Below, piece after piece: positions 8,281 to 18,014 of a stretch of 64,000 bases of DNA (within the stretch, counting starts at the first letter, position 1; each line of letters begins with the position of its first letter). This DNA is from an uncultured Bifidobacteriaceae bacterium. Its GTDB lineage: Bacteria > Verrucomicrobiota > Verrucomicrobiia > Limisphaerales > UBA11358. Both the position numbers and the translations under genes were made by a program. The notes under the pieces were generated by a model that saw only the letters and a list, made by a program, of their open reading frames with translations, did no database searches and had not been told where the DNA came from. The stretch is from contig CAYVGC010000007.1 of NCBI GenBank assembly GCA_964449815.1, positions 3,948-67,947 of the forward strand, given 5' to 3'.

Positions 8281-9429
8281 TCACCTTCCTTTTTCAACGG
8301 GCAAAAGCGGCTCCAAGGCCTGGGCGAAAATTTCGGCCTGGCGCATGAAGCCGAGGTCGTTCGGATGCGAACCGTCCGTGCTGCCTTCGCCGTCATCGCC
8401 AAACAGATGTTCGCCGGGGATGTAAAACAGATTTTTCACGCCAGCTTTTTTCAGCCGTGTATAGGCGGCCTTCAATTCGGCGCGGTCTTTCAAGTGATAC
8501 CATTCCATGCGGCCGGCGATGAGGAAGGAATCCTGCATCGTGCGGTCTTCGACGAGCACAATCGGCACGTCGGGATGCGCGGCGCGCAATTGTTTCACGA
8601 ACGGCCCGACGCGCTCCTTGATCTCGGCGGCAACCATGTTGGGCAGGCAGTCGAGGACGTAGATGGATGGATCGAGTTCGGCGAGCAGGCCGGCCATTTC
8701 AGGCTCCATTTTGCCGTTTCCGGAAAAACCGAGATTGATCGTCGGCCAGTTGAATCTCCGGCCGAGAATCGCGCTGTGAACCATGCCGGGGCGCGACGCC
8801 GAAAGGCCCTGCAAAATTGAAGTGCCGTAAAAGACGACCGGCTTGCGTTCGCCCGCGCCCCACGCCGGGGCCTTTTCAATGACGGCGCTGGCGGGAATTC
8901 CGAGTTCGACGAATTTCGTTCCGTTGTAAAGCGGCAGATACAAAATGTATTCGCGTTTGCCGGGCAAAAGATTTTCCACGAGCCGCACGTCGTTTGTTTG
9001 CGCGGTGGGCTGGCCGACGGCGAGCCAGCGCCAGCCGTTTTCCATTTTGACATACAAGTCCAGGCCGCTGTTGCCGATGGCGGTTTCGTTGGGCAGATAG
9101 AGCCACGAATTGAGCAGCGCCCAGCGGGCGCGCAGGGTCGTGGCATCCGTCACAAACCGCACGCACATCCCGGCGGAATCGTGGCTCAAATCCCAGACGG
9201 CCTGGCGCACGACGCCTTCAGCTTTCGCGGGCAGACGGTCGTAAAAACTTTTCGTGTCGTCCCAGCCGCGGCCTTCGACGCCGAGCTGACGGAGGTCGGT
9301 CCAGAAAATGTTCGTGGCGGCGGCATCGGGGCTGGTCCCGGCGGCGGTCACGTTTAAGGCAATCATCCGCAGCAGCGCCAGGGCGGCGATGACGCTGGCG
9401 GGTTTGCGGGCAAGCATGTTCTGGCACAT
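8281..9429 (-). CDS. Secreted SGNH/GDSL hydrolase with N-terminal GxDLY-type domain
   Basis: Signal peptide, SGLDLY, FYGTSILQG, NLGFSGNG and DGSHPNDLG. Confidence 0.85.
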   Translation of the reverse strand: MCQNMLARKPASVIAALALLRMIALNVTAAGTSPDAAATNIFWTDLRQLGVEGRGWDDTKSFYDRLPAKAEGVVRQAVWDLSHDSAGMCVRFVTDATTLRARWALLNSWLYLPNETAIGNSGLDLYVKMENGWRWLAVGQPTAQTNDVRLVENLLPGKREYILYLPLYNGTKFVELGIPASAVIEKAPAWGAGERKPVVFYGTSILQGLSASRPGMVHSAILGRRFNWPTINLGFSGNGKMEPEMAGLLAELDPSIYVLDCLPNMVAAEIKERVGPFVKQLRAAHPDVPIVLVEDRTMQDSFLIAGRMEWYHLKDRAELKAAYTRLKKAGVKNLFYIPGEHLFGDDGEGSTDGSHPNDLGFMRQAEIFAQALEPLLPVEKGR

Positions 9430-9580
9430 TTAAGTCTGGCTGGTTTCGCGCAAAATGGCATAAACCAGCCGGCGCAGCTTGTCCTCACTTTACGGGACAT
9501 TACGGCGGACGGCGCCCGGGCTATGTTAAGAATAATTGAACCCGATAATTAGCTGCCACGCAGCATCGAAATTAACCGGC

Positions 9581-9943
9581 ATGGAAAATTTTCTCGGCAA
9601 CAAAAGCGCGGCGGCTCAATCCCGGCTGTTTGTTTGTCTCGCGCTCATCACCGGCGCGCCGGCTTTTGACGGCTGCAGCAGGAAACCGGCGCCCCAGGCC
9701 GCACCTCCAAATGCACCGGTTGCGGAATCGTCCGCCGCCACGGCTGTCCAGCCGGACATGAACGCGGTTCTCGGACAACTGACGCAGGCTTTGCGCAAAT
9801 TCAGTTTTGAACACCGGCATGCGCCCGGTTCGTTCAGCGAGTTTGTCGCCGCAGCCAGCTTGGAACCAATCCCGACGGCGCCGGCCGGTAAAAAATTCGC
9901 GATTGATCCAAAAGCCGTGCAGGTGATTTTGGTGAATCAATAA
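9581..9943 (+). CDS. Putative lipoprotein with pseudopilin (GspG)-like core
   Basis: Hydrophobic stretch ending in FDGC, Pro/Ala linker, then LTQALRKF...P.SFSEFVAAA.LEPIP.AP.GKKF.ID. Confidence 0.55.
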   Translation: MENFLGNKSAAAQSRLFVCLALITGAPAFDGCSRKPAPQAAPPNAPVAESSAATAVQPDMNAVLGQLTQALRKFSFEHRHAPGSFSEFVAAASLEPIPTAPAGKKFAIDPKAVQVILVNQ

Positions 9944-9949
9944 GCCTCG

Positions 9950-10816
9950 ATGAAGGTGAACCGACAACCGATTTGCCGCCGCGCGTTCACGCTGATTGAA
10001 CTGCTGGTGGTCATTGCCATCATTGCCATCCTGGCGGCCTTGCTGCTGCCGGCGCTGGCCGCTGCCAAGCAAAAGGCGTTTCGGATTCAATGCACCTCGC
10101 AGATGAAACAGATTGGTCTGGGTTTCACCCTGTTTACGGGCGACCACGAGGATAAATATCCGCCGGCGGCGTATTCCACCGGAGCCTATCAATACCAACT
10201 GACTTGGGATGATTACTTGAACCGCTACATCGGCGGCTCTGATTCTGATGCCGACCTGATGCTGGGCGCTTCCAGCGCCGGCATTCCAGCCATCTTGAAA
10301 TGTCCGGCCGACCGGATTGAAATCACCATTGCCTGGGCAACTTTCGGCCAGCGCAGAACCTATTCCATGAATGGCGCCGATCAGATTGAAATCGGCGCCA
10401 ACGGCAGCGTGGCCTTGCCGGCCAAACCGACGCACGGCGTGGGCGCTTACCTTTATAAAAGTGACGGGGCGTTGCCGCCGTGGGAGCCGCCGGGCTACAA
10501 AAACAACATTGTGGCCGATCCGGCGGGAACCATCCTGCTGGCGGAGCAGCCGGAAGGCGGAAACATCGCCGGCAATGATTATCCGTCTTTTTGCATGGGA
10601 CCGACCGGGCCGGCCATCGCCGGCGACCAGACGCCTTACCAGATTGTGACTGGCGGATCTCAGGCTTATGGGAGTTCTGCCTACGGCCTGCACAGCCACC
10701 GGTTCAATTATTTGTTCCATGACGGTCATGTGGAAACCCTCAAAATCGAGCAGACCACCGGCATCGGCACCGTCACCGCTCCCAAAGGGATGTGGACCGT
10801 GACGGCGGGCGATTAA
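9950..10816 (+). CDS. Prepilin-type N-terminal cleavage/methylation protein with H-X9-DG motif (DUF1559-like)
   Basis: [26 protein letters not shown] and [15 protein letters not shown]. Confidence 0.92.
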   Translation: MKVNRQPICRRAFTLIELLVVIAIIAILAALLLPALAAAKQKAFRIQCTSQMKQIGLGFTLFTGDHEDKYPPAAYSTGAYQYQLTWDDYLNRYIGGSDSDADLMLGASSAGIPAILKCPADRIEITIAWATFGQRRTYSMNGADQIEIGANGSVALPAKPTHGVGAYLYKSDGALPPWEPPGYKNNIVADPAGTILLAEQPEGGNIAGNDYPSFCMGPTGPAIAGDQTPYQIVTGGSQAYGSSAYGLHSHRFNYLFHDGHVETLKIEQTTGIGTVTAPKGMWTVTAGD

Positions 10817-10920
10817 TTCGGGTTGCCTTAAAAAACCAGTTTGCGCAAAAATTTTGGAAAAACGTCAAGTCGGTGCAGCCGAACAGTGAATTGAGACCTC
10901 GGCAAAACCGGTTTCAAGTG

Positions 10921-10992
10921 GTAGTGGCGGTCGGTGACCGCCGTGGGTTCCGGCCTTTTCACCTCTCCTCGGCGCTCGGTGAGCGCCGCTAC
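10921..10992. repeat. GTAG-type REP doublet
   Basis: gtagtggcggtcggtgaccgccg ... cggcgctcggtgagcgccgctac; each arm is palindromic and the element has GTAG/CTAC ends. Confidence 0.75.
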
Positions 10993-11134
10993 AGTGGTTT
11001 TGCAGAGGTTTTGATAAATATATGCAGGGAGGGTGAAGACGTAAGGTGGCGCGTGATACAAACTATTTGGTGGCCGACTGCAAGAATTCCCCGAAACCGG
11101 ACTTTGCGTGTTGAACCCCTGAACCGGCGCAGAG

Positions 11135-11237
11135 GTAGCGCTGCCGTCCCCGGCTGCGGGTGCTGACGGCGTCTCGCTGCCAGTTCCATCGCCGGGCGAG
11201 ACGCCCGGCCAACCCGCCGGCGGGACGCCTGCGCTAC
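11135..11237. repeat. Second GTAG...CTAC REP-like element
   Basis: gtagcgctgccgtccccggctgc ... gcgggacgcctgcgctac, with internal ggcgtctcgc/gcgagacgcc inverted repeat. Confidence 0.65.
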
Positions 11238-11328
11238 GCGGTTCATGGGGAAGACTGGCCGGGCGCAAGGATCGGGGCAAAAACGCATGGCCGGGCCGGG
11301 GCCGGATTGGCCAGCCCGGTCCAACTCA

Positions 11329-11688
11329 CTACATCAACACCCGATAAAACCACGCGGGCGCAACCATGCCTGCCGGATCAAGAAATTGATATGGACTCAC
11401 CAGCAGATTGGAAAAAGTTTGCAGCGGCATCCAGTTGGTGCCGGCCAAATCCGGGCTGTATTGCACCATGAAATTGTTGTTCAACATCCCGTTCAAGTTC
11501 AGCAGCGGGTAACGCGCCGTCAATTGCAAGGCCAGCGACGGCGGCACCAGCACCACCAGCAACCTTGCAGCGTCTTCCCGCATACTTGCAGAACATTCCC
11601 GCAAACCTGCAACGTCTTCCCGCAAACCTGCAACGTCTTCCCGCATACCTGTAGAACGCTCTCGCAAACCTGCAGGGTCTTCCCGCAT
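11329..11688 (-). pseudogene. Orphan C-terminal sorting-like module fused to repeat-derived heptads; probable remnant of a secreted protein
   Basis: C-terminal LNLNGMLNNNFMVQYSPDLAGTNW...FLDP...WFYRVLM. The N-terminal part is translated 21-bp repeat, upstream units carry in-frame TAG, and there is no signal peptide. Confidence 0.55.
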
Positions 11689-11880
11689 ACCTGCAGAACG
11701 CTCCCGCTAACCTGCGGGGCCTTCCCGCTTACCTGCAGAACGCTCCCGCTAACCTGCGGGGTCTTCCCGCTTACCTGCAGAACGCTCCCGCTAACCTGCG
11801 GAGCCTTCCCGCTAACTTGCAGAACGCTCCCGCTAACCTGCGGGGTCTTCCCGTAGGTTTGCGGGAAGGCTCTGCAAGCT
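11563..11880. repeat. 21-bp minisatellite, 14 units plus one terminal inverted copy
   Basis: Units acctgcagaacgctcccgcta and acctgcggggtcttcccgctt alternate over 11563-11856. 11857-11880 is a reverse-complement copy. Confidence 0.95.
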
Positions 11881-11963
11881 GGTAAAATGTCCCATCTGGG
11901 GACAGTCCGCATTCAAAAACAGGACAGTGCATTTTTGCCGTGGGCTGGCTGTGGGTTGGCGGC

Positions 11964-12187
11964 TCATGGAAGCCGGGCCTGCGTCCGGGCGATGATTGCT
12001 TCGCGGTCCGGGTGGAGACAATATAGGCGGCATCATCGAAAAAACTGGCGTGTTTGCAATCGCGGGGGCGGTCAGCCAGACACGCAACCATGCCCGGTCC
12101 GTCGGCGCGCAAAGCACGGCAAATGGCAGCATCAGGCAGCTTGGGGGCCGATTCTGAAGCGTCATCGTTGTCCGCTCCAAATAACAT
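11964..12187 (-). pseudogene. Candidate small Cys-rich protein with a 2-nt frameshift
   Basis: DAAICRALRADGPGMVACLADRPRDCKHASFFDDAAY continues as CLHPDREAIIARTQARLP* if 2 nt are removed at tatattgt (~12021). Confidence 0.35.
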
Positions 12188-12641
12188 GCGGACATTATAC
12201 AAACTTACCTTTGTTTGCGCTCTCGCATGAATTAGGGACACGATTAAAACTAAAGCCAGGACGCCGTTGTCGGCTGGAAGCAGCCGGATTCACCTGGGCG
12301 GCCGGCCAAACTGGACTCCGAAGACAAAACCGGGCAACACGACAATATAATCCTTAATGAGGGCTTGTCCTCAATTTTGACGACATGCAGAAACGAATGC
12401 GCGTGCTACATTGTCAATGTTGAAGCCCGACTATTTTCGTTTTTGACAGCAAACATTTGCCGTCAAAATTGAAATCAAAAATAATTACAATTAACAATTT
12501 GCCTGACCAATTAAACCGTGGCACCAAAAAAAAATCGAGTTTCCTCCAGCCCGTGAAACAAAAATGAACATCAGCTTGATTGTAAAGCGAACAGCTTGAG
12601 CCTCGTCAAGCATGCAAAATTCACAGTAAACCAACTAAAAA

Positions 12642-14678
12642 ATGAAAATAAACTTGTTAAAAAAATACATCGGCTTGGGCGCAGCCGCGCTGGCACTCGG
12701 CAGTGCGGGCACGGCGTTTGCGCAAACCGCCGACCTCACGATCAACACCTTTGATAACGATGCCAACAACACTGGCCACGAGTGGGGATCGGGAACGCAA
12801 GCTTGGGATGGATCCAATGGCAATCCTCCCGGCTCGCTCTTGGTCACGGCTGACTTCAGCAACTCATCTGATACTCCCTGCACAACATATTTCTGCCTTA
12901 ACGGAAATCCGTGGTATGTGGGCACCGCGATTAATTTTTCCCAATACAAGGCCATTGAATTCGACATCAAGTGGGACAACACCTCGGATATCACCATTGG
13001 TCAGTTCAATGACCTTTCGACCGTTCCCCTGACGGCTACGAATAGTTCCGGAGCCACCATTCTTAACGCCCAACTGAATGCAGGCCAAACGACCGGACTC
13101 GACATAGATCTTTGCGGCGGGCCGGGCGGTCAAATGGCCCCTTTCATCATCAATACGAATATTCCCTCCGCCGCCTCAAATGGCTGGGTGCATGTGGTGA
13201 TTCCCATAAGTCAGACCATAGCCAATTTGGACGGGTGCAGCGGATTTGTCTTTCATAAATGGGTCAGTCAATACAACAACCAAATTGCCAATGATTTCCA
13301 AGGCCGGTTCTGGATTGACAATGTCATCCTTGAAGGAACCGCCGGTCCGCCGCCGCCGCCGACCGTCAAAGTTCCCACCAAGGCCACCCAGGGTCTGAAT
13401 GTTTTTGCCAACACGGCTGGACTCTATGACCGTGAGGAAGCGGTATTGCGCCAAGAAACCGGCTTGGGCTGGGTTGGCGTGGCCACGCCGGCCAATCCGG
13501 TCACCTATTCCTTCACCATTGCGGGTTATCCCCACTCGGAGAATTGCGAAGCCTATTTGTTTTTGAATCCAAACGCGAATTATCTGGACGGCGCACCCGA
13601 CTGGAATGAAAGCAATAGCGTCGTTATCTACCTTCAGGGAGATCCCAACAATGCGACCCTGCACTTCCAATACAAGGTCAATGATCCAAACGACAATGCG
13701 ATGCTGGGCGGCGGCGGCAGCTACACGAACGCACCGGGAAGCTGGGATGGGGTCACTGCCGGCTACAAAGAAAGTGGCAACTTGGGTTCGGTCACTAATA
13801 ACAGCGTCTTTGGCACTTGGAGCGTCAAGTTCACGTCCGATTCCAACGTGACTCTGATCGCCCCGGATGGCAACAGCACCAACTTGACCATTCCGTCCTA
13901 TAATACCGGCGCTTTTGCCGAGAATGACGGATCCGCCATTCCCTTCACTGTCTATTTGGGCATGCAGGCAAATAACGCGGATGCACAGAACCAAGCGGTC
14001 GTCTATTCCAATTTCGCCATCACCGGCAACGGGCAGCCTTTCAGTGAAAACTTCCTGACAGATCCCGTGCTGGACACAACCAACCTCTGGAATACCGGCC
14101 CGACCACCAGTCCCCAAGGCGTGTTCGTCGCCACCGCCAGCGCGGCTTCTTGGGTGTCTTGGACGCTGCCCGATACAGGCTTTAGTTTACAAGTCGCGCC
14201 TGAGTTGAATAATCCGCTCGGCTGGGCCTCGCCGACCACCGGCCCGATTGTCCCGATGGTTGGCATGCGTTCACAGCTCCTGGCCAGCAATGAAATACCA
14301 GCAGGCGACACGGCGTTCTTCCAGCTCATCAAGCGCCAGTTCACGCAACTGCAGGTGTTGTTCCCAGGCGAGACCAACGCGCCCAACACTCTGACCGGCA
14401 AGACCGGGACCCCGACGCCGGCGAGTCTTTACGGCGAAGTGGACGTGACGATCAACGCGGTTGATAATACATATCACGTCGTCAACGCCACGGATGCGCT
14501 GAATCTGACCACCACCGACACTCAGGCCACGGTGACGACGCCAACTCCCACACTGGCAAATGGAACGGTTACGGTGCCGATTTATTATGGCACTGCCGGC
14601 AGTTGGACGGTGACGGCCACGGACACGACAAGCACGAACATTCCGGCGGCAACCAGTTCAGCCATAACGGTGCAATGA
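12642..14678 (+). CDS. Large secreted beta-rich protein of unknown function
   Basis: Signal peptide ending AFAQ, Asn/Thr/Trp-rich sequence, PPPPP linker, internal module SWTLPDTGFSLQ...L...W...FFQL and a C-terminal Ig-like segment. Confidence 0.8.
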   Translation: MKINLLKKYIGLGAAALALGSAGTAFAQTADLTINTFDNDANNTGHEWGSGTQAWDGSNGNPPGSLLVTADFSNSSDTPCTTYFCLNGNPWYVGTAINFSQYKAIEFDIKWDNTSDITIGQFNDLSTVPLTATNSSGATILNAQLNAGQTTGLDIDLCGGPGGQMAPFIINTNIPSAASNGWVHVVIPISQTIANLDGCSGFVFHKWVSQYNNQIANDFQGRFWIDNVILEGTAGPPPPPTVKVPTKATQGLNVFANTAGLYDREEAVLRQETGLGWVGVATPANPVTYSFTIAGYPHSENCEAYLFLNPNANYLDGAPDWNESNSVVIYLQGDPNNATLHFQYKVNDPNDNAMLGGGGSYTNAPGSWDGVTAGYKESGNLGSVTNNSVFGTWSVKFTSDSNVTLIAPDGNSTNLTIPSYNTGAFAENDGSAIPFTVYLGMQANNADAQNQAVVYSNFAITGNGQPFSENFLTDPVLDTTNLWNTGPTTSPQGVFVATASAASWVSWTLPDTGFSLQVAPELNNPLGWASPTTGPIVPMVGMRSQLLASNEIPAGDTAFFQLIKRQFTQLQVLFPGETNAPNTLTGKTGTPTPASLYGEVDVTINAVDNTYHVVNATDALNLTTTDTQATVTTPTPTLANGTVTVPIYYGTAGSWTVTATDTTSTNIPAATSSAITVQ

Positions 14679-14706
14679 AACGCGGTGCTTTCAAGTGAAA
14701 AATCGC

Positions 14707-14740
14707 AGCAGGCGCCAGCCAGATCTGGCGCCTGCTTTTT
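14707..14740 (+). terminator. Intrinsic terminator
   Basis: agcaggcgccag / ctggcgcctgct stem followed by a T tract. Confidence 0.75.
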
Positions 14741-14782
14741 CGCCGTGAAACAATTGAGCGGCACAACTGATAATCGAAGCCG

Positions 14783-15727
14783 ATGAAGATCCAATCCAAT
14801 CCTCGAAAGGCTGTCGCCTGCCACTCCGGCTTCACCCTGATTGAGCTGCTGGTGGTGATCGCGATCATCGCCATTCTGGCGGCCATGCTGCTGCCCGCGC
14901 TCACGAAGGCCAAACAAAGGGCGCAGAGCATTTCCTGCATGAGCAACACCAAGCAGATCATGCTCGCTTGGAACATGTATGCCAATGACAACAATGATTT
15001 CGTGCCCCCCAATGATTATCCTTATCTCACCGCCTACTTTGGCGCCGGGGCAAACCAGATCAAAATGAAGAACTGGGTGGTCGGCACCATGGAGCAGCCC
15101 GCCGATGCAAACGATCTCCAGAGCAAGACGGGCGTCAGCGAGCTGTTGGATCCCAACACGCTGCTTTCCCCCTACCTACAAAGCAAACCTGTTTATCATT
15201 GTCCGGCCGACAATTACATAGACACCTACGCGGGGAACCAGGTCCATGTGCGCAGTTATTCCATGAACTCTGCGGTCGGCACCACTTGGTCCGCCTTCTA
15301 CCAATATGGTTCACCGACCATCGGCTCCCCGGTTCAAGGCGGCTGGCTGCCTGGAAGTGTCTATAATTCAAGTCAGACAACCTGGCTGACCTACGGGAAA
15401 ATGACCTCTTTTACCCGGCCGGGGCCGGTCAACACCTGGGTAATTATGGACGAGAACCCCTTGACCATTAACGATGGCTCATTCGCGGTGTCAGCCTTGG
15501 CGACTGCGGGAACCACCTATCTCATTGACTATCCGACCGGCCTCCACGGCGGTGCCGGCGGACTGGCTTTTGCGGATGGTCATTCCATCGTGCATAAATG
15601 GCAGGACCAGAGCACCTATACTCCCCCTGCCAGCATGCATGGCCAGGGCGGCGGCGGGTCAACTTCAGAGTCGCCCGGCAACCCCGATCTTCTTTATCTG
15701 GCTCCGCTGACTTCGGCAGCACGCTAA
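14783..15727 (+). CDS. Prepilin-type N-terminal cleavage/methylation protein with H-X9-DG motif
   Basis: [26 protein letters not shown] and [14 protein letters not shown]. Confidence 0.92.
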   Translation: MKIQSNPRKAVACHSGFTLIELLVVIAIIAILAAMLLPALTKAKQRAQSISCMSNTKQIMLAWNMYANDNNDFVPPNDYPYLTAYFGAGANQIKMKNWVVGTMEQPADANDLQSKTGVSELLDPNTLLSPYLQSKPVYHCPADNYIDTYAGNQVHVRSYSMNSAVGTTWSAFYQYGSPTIGSPVQGGWLPGSVYNSSQTTWLTYGKMTSFTRPGPVNTWVIMDENPLTINDGSFAVSALATAGTTYLIDYPTGLHGGAGGLAFADGHSIVHKWQDQSTYTPPASMHGQGGGGSTSESPGNPDLLYLAPLTSAAR

Positions 15728-15757
15728 TGCCGCCGGAGTCCAGGACTTGAAACCGCA

Positions 15758-15794
15758 AACCTCCAGTCGCCACGGGACACGGACTGGAGGTTTC
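15758..15794 (+). terminator. Stem-loop, possible terminator or mRNA stabiliser
   Basis: aaacctccagtc / gactggaggttt 12-bp inverted repeat. Confidence 0.55.
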
Positions 15795-15811
15795 TGTTAA
15801 CATACTTCACC

Positions 15812-17932
15812 ATGCAAACTGATTTCCGTTGGGGCCGCGTGGTCCTGTGCGCAGCCCTGATTGCCGGGTTGAACCATGCGAAAGCACAGACCGATTTGTC
15901 CATTTATTCCGACCAGTTGGACAACGGCTTTCAAAACTGGAGCTGGGGCGCGAATAATTTCAGCAGCCCCGCGCCGGTGCATTCCGGAACCAATGCCATC
16001 AGCTTCAGCGGTGTGGCGTGGCAGGCGATCTCGTTCTGGCATCAGGATTTCAATCCTGCGCCTTTCACCAATCTGACTTTTTGGGCAGACGGCGGAGCCG
16101 CCGGCGGGCAGGTTTTGCAGGCATATTGGCAGTATGACGGCAGCACTAACAGCGGGCCCGGTTATCAACTGCCGCCGTTGCCGGCTAATAGTTGGCGGCA
16201 GTTTAATCTTCCGCTAAGCGCATTCGGCGTCGCGGGCGCAACCAATCTTAGCCGGCTGAATTTTCAACTGACCGCATCCGGCACGACCAACACGTTATTC
16301 CTGGATGATATAAGTCTGACCGGCATGGTGCCCCTTTACATCAACGTCAACGCCAGCCAGGCGCTCCGCGCCGCCGACGCCCGCTGGTTCGGCTTGAACA
16401 CCGCCGTCTGGGATGGTTATCTCGACACCACTTATACTTCCAACGCCCTGTGCGAACTTGGCACACAAATCTTGCGTTTCCCCGGCGGCTCGCTTTCGGA
16501 CGATTATCATTGGGCCACCGGCACGACGGACACAAACACCTGGCCGTGGGGCACCGGCTTCAAAAATTACCTTCACATCGCCACCAACGCCGGCGCGGAG
16601 GCGATGATCACCGTCAACTACGGCTCAGGCACGCCGCAGGAGGCCGCCGCCTGGGTGCGCAGTGCGAACGTCACTAATCACTTAAACCTGAAAAACTGGG
16701 AGGTCGGCAACGAGTGTTATGGCACCTGGGAAACCGACACGAATGTCTGTCCGCACGATCCTTACACCTATGCCGCCCGCGCCGCGCAATATATCACGCA
16801 GATGAAAACGGTTGATTCCACGATCAAAATTGGCGTGCCGGTCGTCCCCGGCGAGGATAACAACGCCAACGGCTACACCAATCATCCGATTTACAATGCC
16901 CGCACCGGCACCACCCACTATGGCTGGACGCCCGTGGTGCTGGCGACCTTGAAGTCGCTCGGCGTCACACCCGATTTTCTCGTGCATCATGTTTATCCGG
17001 AGTATCAGAACGACAACGACCAGAATTTGTTGCAGGCGGCCACCAACTGGGCGGGCGACGCCGCCAACCTGCGCCAGCAAATCAGCGATTACTTTGGCAC
17101 CGGCGGAACGAACATCGAACTTTTCTGCACGGAAAACAACGCTGACGCCGGCAATCAAGGCCGCCAATCCACCAGCATCGTGAACGGGCTTTATCTCGCC
17201 GACAGCCTCGCGCAGTTGATGAAGACCGAGTTCAACAGTTTTATCTGGTGGGATCTGCGGAACGGATCAGACACCAACGGTGACTTCAATGCCTCGCTCT
17301 ACGGCTGGCGCACGAACGGCGACCTTGGCATCATCGGCGCTGCCAGCACACGCTACCCCACGTTTTACGGCTTCAAACTCATGCAATACTTTGCCCGCCC
17401 CGGTGACACCGTGCTGAATGCCACCAGCGATTATTTTCTGCTTTCCAGCTATGCGGCGCGCAAGGCTGACGGCGCGCTTGCGCTCCTCGTCATCAACAAA
17501 AACAGCACGGCAAATCTGACCGCCCAGGTCACGCTCACCAATTTTTCCCCATGGTCCGCCGCCACCGTGCGCGCCTTCGGCATTGCGCAGGACGAAGCCA
17601 CGCGCACCAACGGGCCCGCCGCCGCGCAGGACATCGCCACTAACAATTTCACGGGTGTCAGCACCAATTTCGCAGCGACGTTTCCACCGTATTCATTGAC
17701 GCTTTTCACCTTCGCGCCTGCCGCGCCAAAAATGCCGGCCCTCGCCGCCACCGGTGGTAAATTCATTTTCCAACTGCAAGGCCAGGCCGGCGTGCCGTAT
17801 CAAATTCAAACCTCGACGAATCTGCTTTCGTGGGCTTCCAACGCCACCATCATGCTTGCCGGCCCGGTCTGGAACCTCACCAACAATGTTTCTTCCAGCG
17901 CAAAATTCTGGCGGGCCGTCTGGCTGCCGTGA
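15812..17932 (+). CDS. Secreted clan GH-A glycoside hydrolase (alpha-L-arabinofuranosidase-like) with N-terminal CBM-like domain and C-terminal sorting-like module
   Basis: LRFPGGSLSD.YHW, ITVNYGSGTPQEAAAWV, WEVGNECYG, CTENN; terminal YQIQTSTNLLSW...FWRAV. Confidence 0.82.
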   Translation: MQTDFRWGRVVLCAALIAGLNHAKAQTDLSIYSDQLDNGFQNWSWGANNFSSPAPVHSGTNAISFSGVAWQAISFWHQDFNPAPFTNLTFWADGGAAGGQVLQAYWQYDGSTNSGPGYQLPPLPANSWRQFNLPLSAFGVAGATNLSRLNFQLTASGTTNTLFLDDISLTGMVPLYINVNASQALRAADARWFGLNTAVWDGYLDTTYTSNALCELGTQILRFPGGSLSDDYHWATGTTDTNTWPWGTGFKNYLHIATNAGAEAMITVNYGSGTPQEAAAWVRSANVTNHLNLKNWEVGNECYGTWETDTNVCPHDPYTYAARAAQYITQMKTVDSTIKIGVPVVPGEDNNANGYTNHPIYNARTGTTHYGWTPVVLATLKSLGVTPDFLVHHVYPEYQNDNDQNLLQAATNWAGDAANLRQQISDYFGTGGTNIELFCTENNADAGNQGRQSTSIVNGLYLADSLAQLMKTEFNSFIWWDLRNGSDTNGDFNASLYGWRTNGDLGIIGAASTRYPTFYGFKLMQYFARPGDTVLNATSDYFLLSSYAARKADGALALLVINKNSTANLTAQVTLTNFSPWSAATVRAFGIAQDEATRTNGPAAAQDIATNNFTGVSTNFAATFPPYSLTLFTFAPAAPKMPALAATGGKFIFQLQGQAGVPYQIQTSTNLLSWASNATIMLAGPVWNLTNNVSSSAKFWRAVWLP

Positions 17933-18014
17933 ACCGCGCAGCCTGACCCAGGCGCGCAGCCACAACGGCTCGCCGCTTGACGAGCGTTCTTGTTACGGTT
18001 CAAACTTCCCCACC

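Noticed and set aside
11245-11912. ORFs 11245..11856(+) and 11520..11912(-) as real proteins
   Set aside because: They are open only because the 21-bp unit lacks stops in those frames; there is no RBS or other support.
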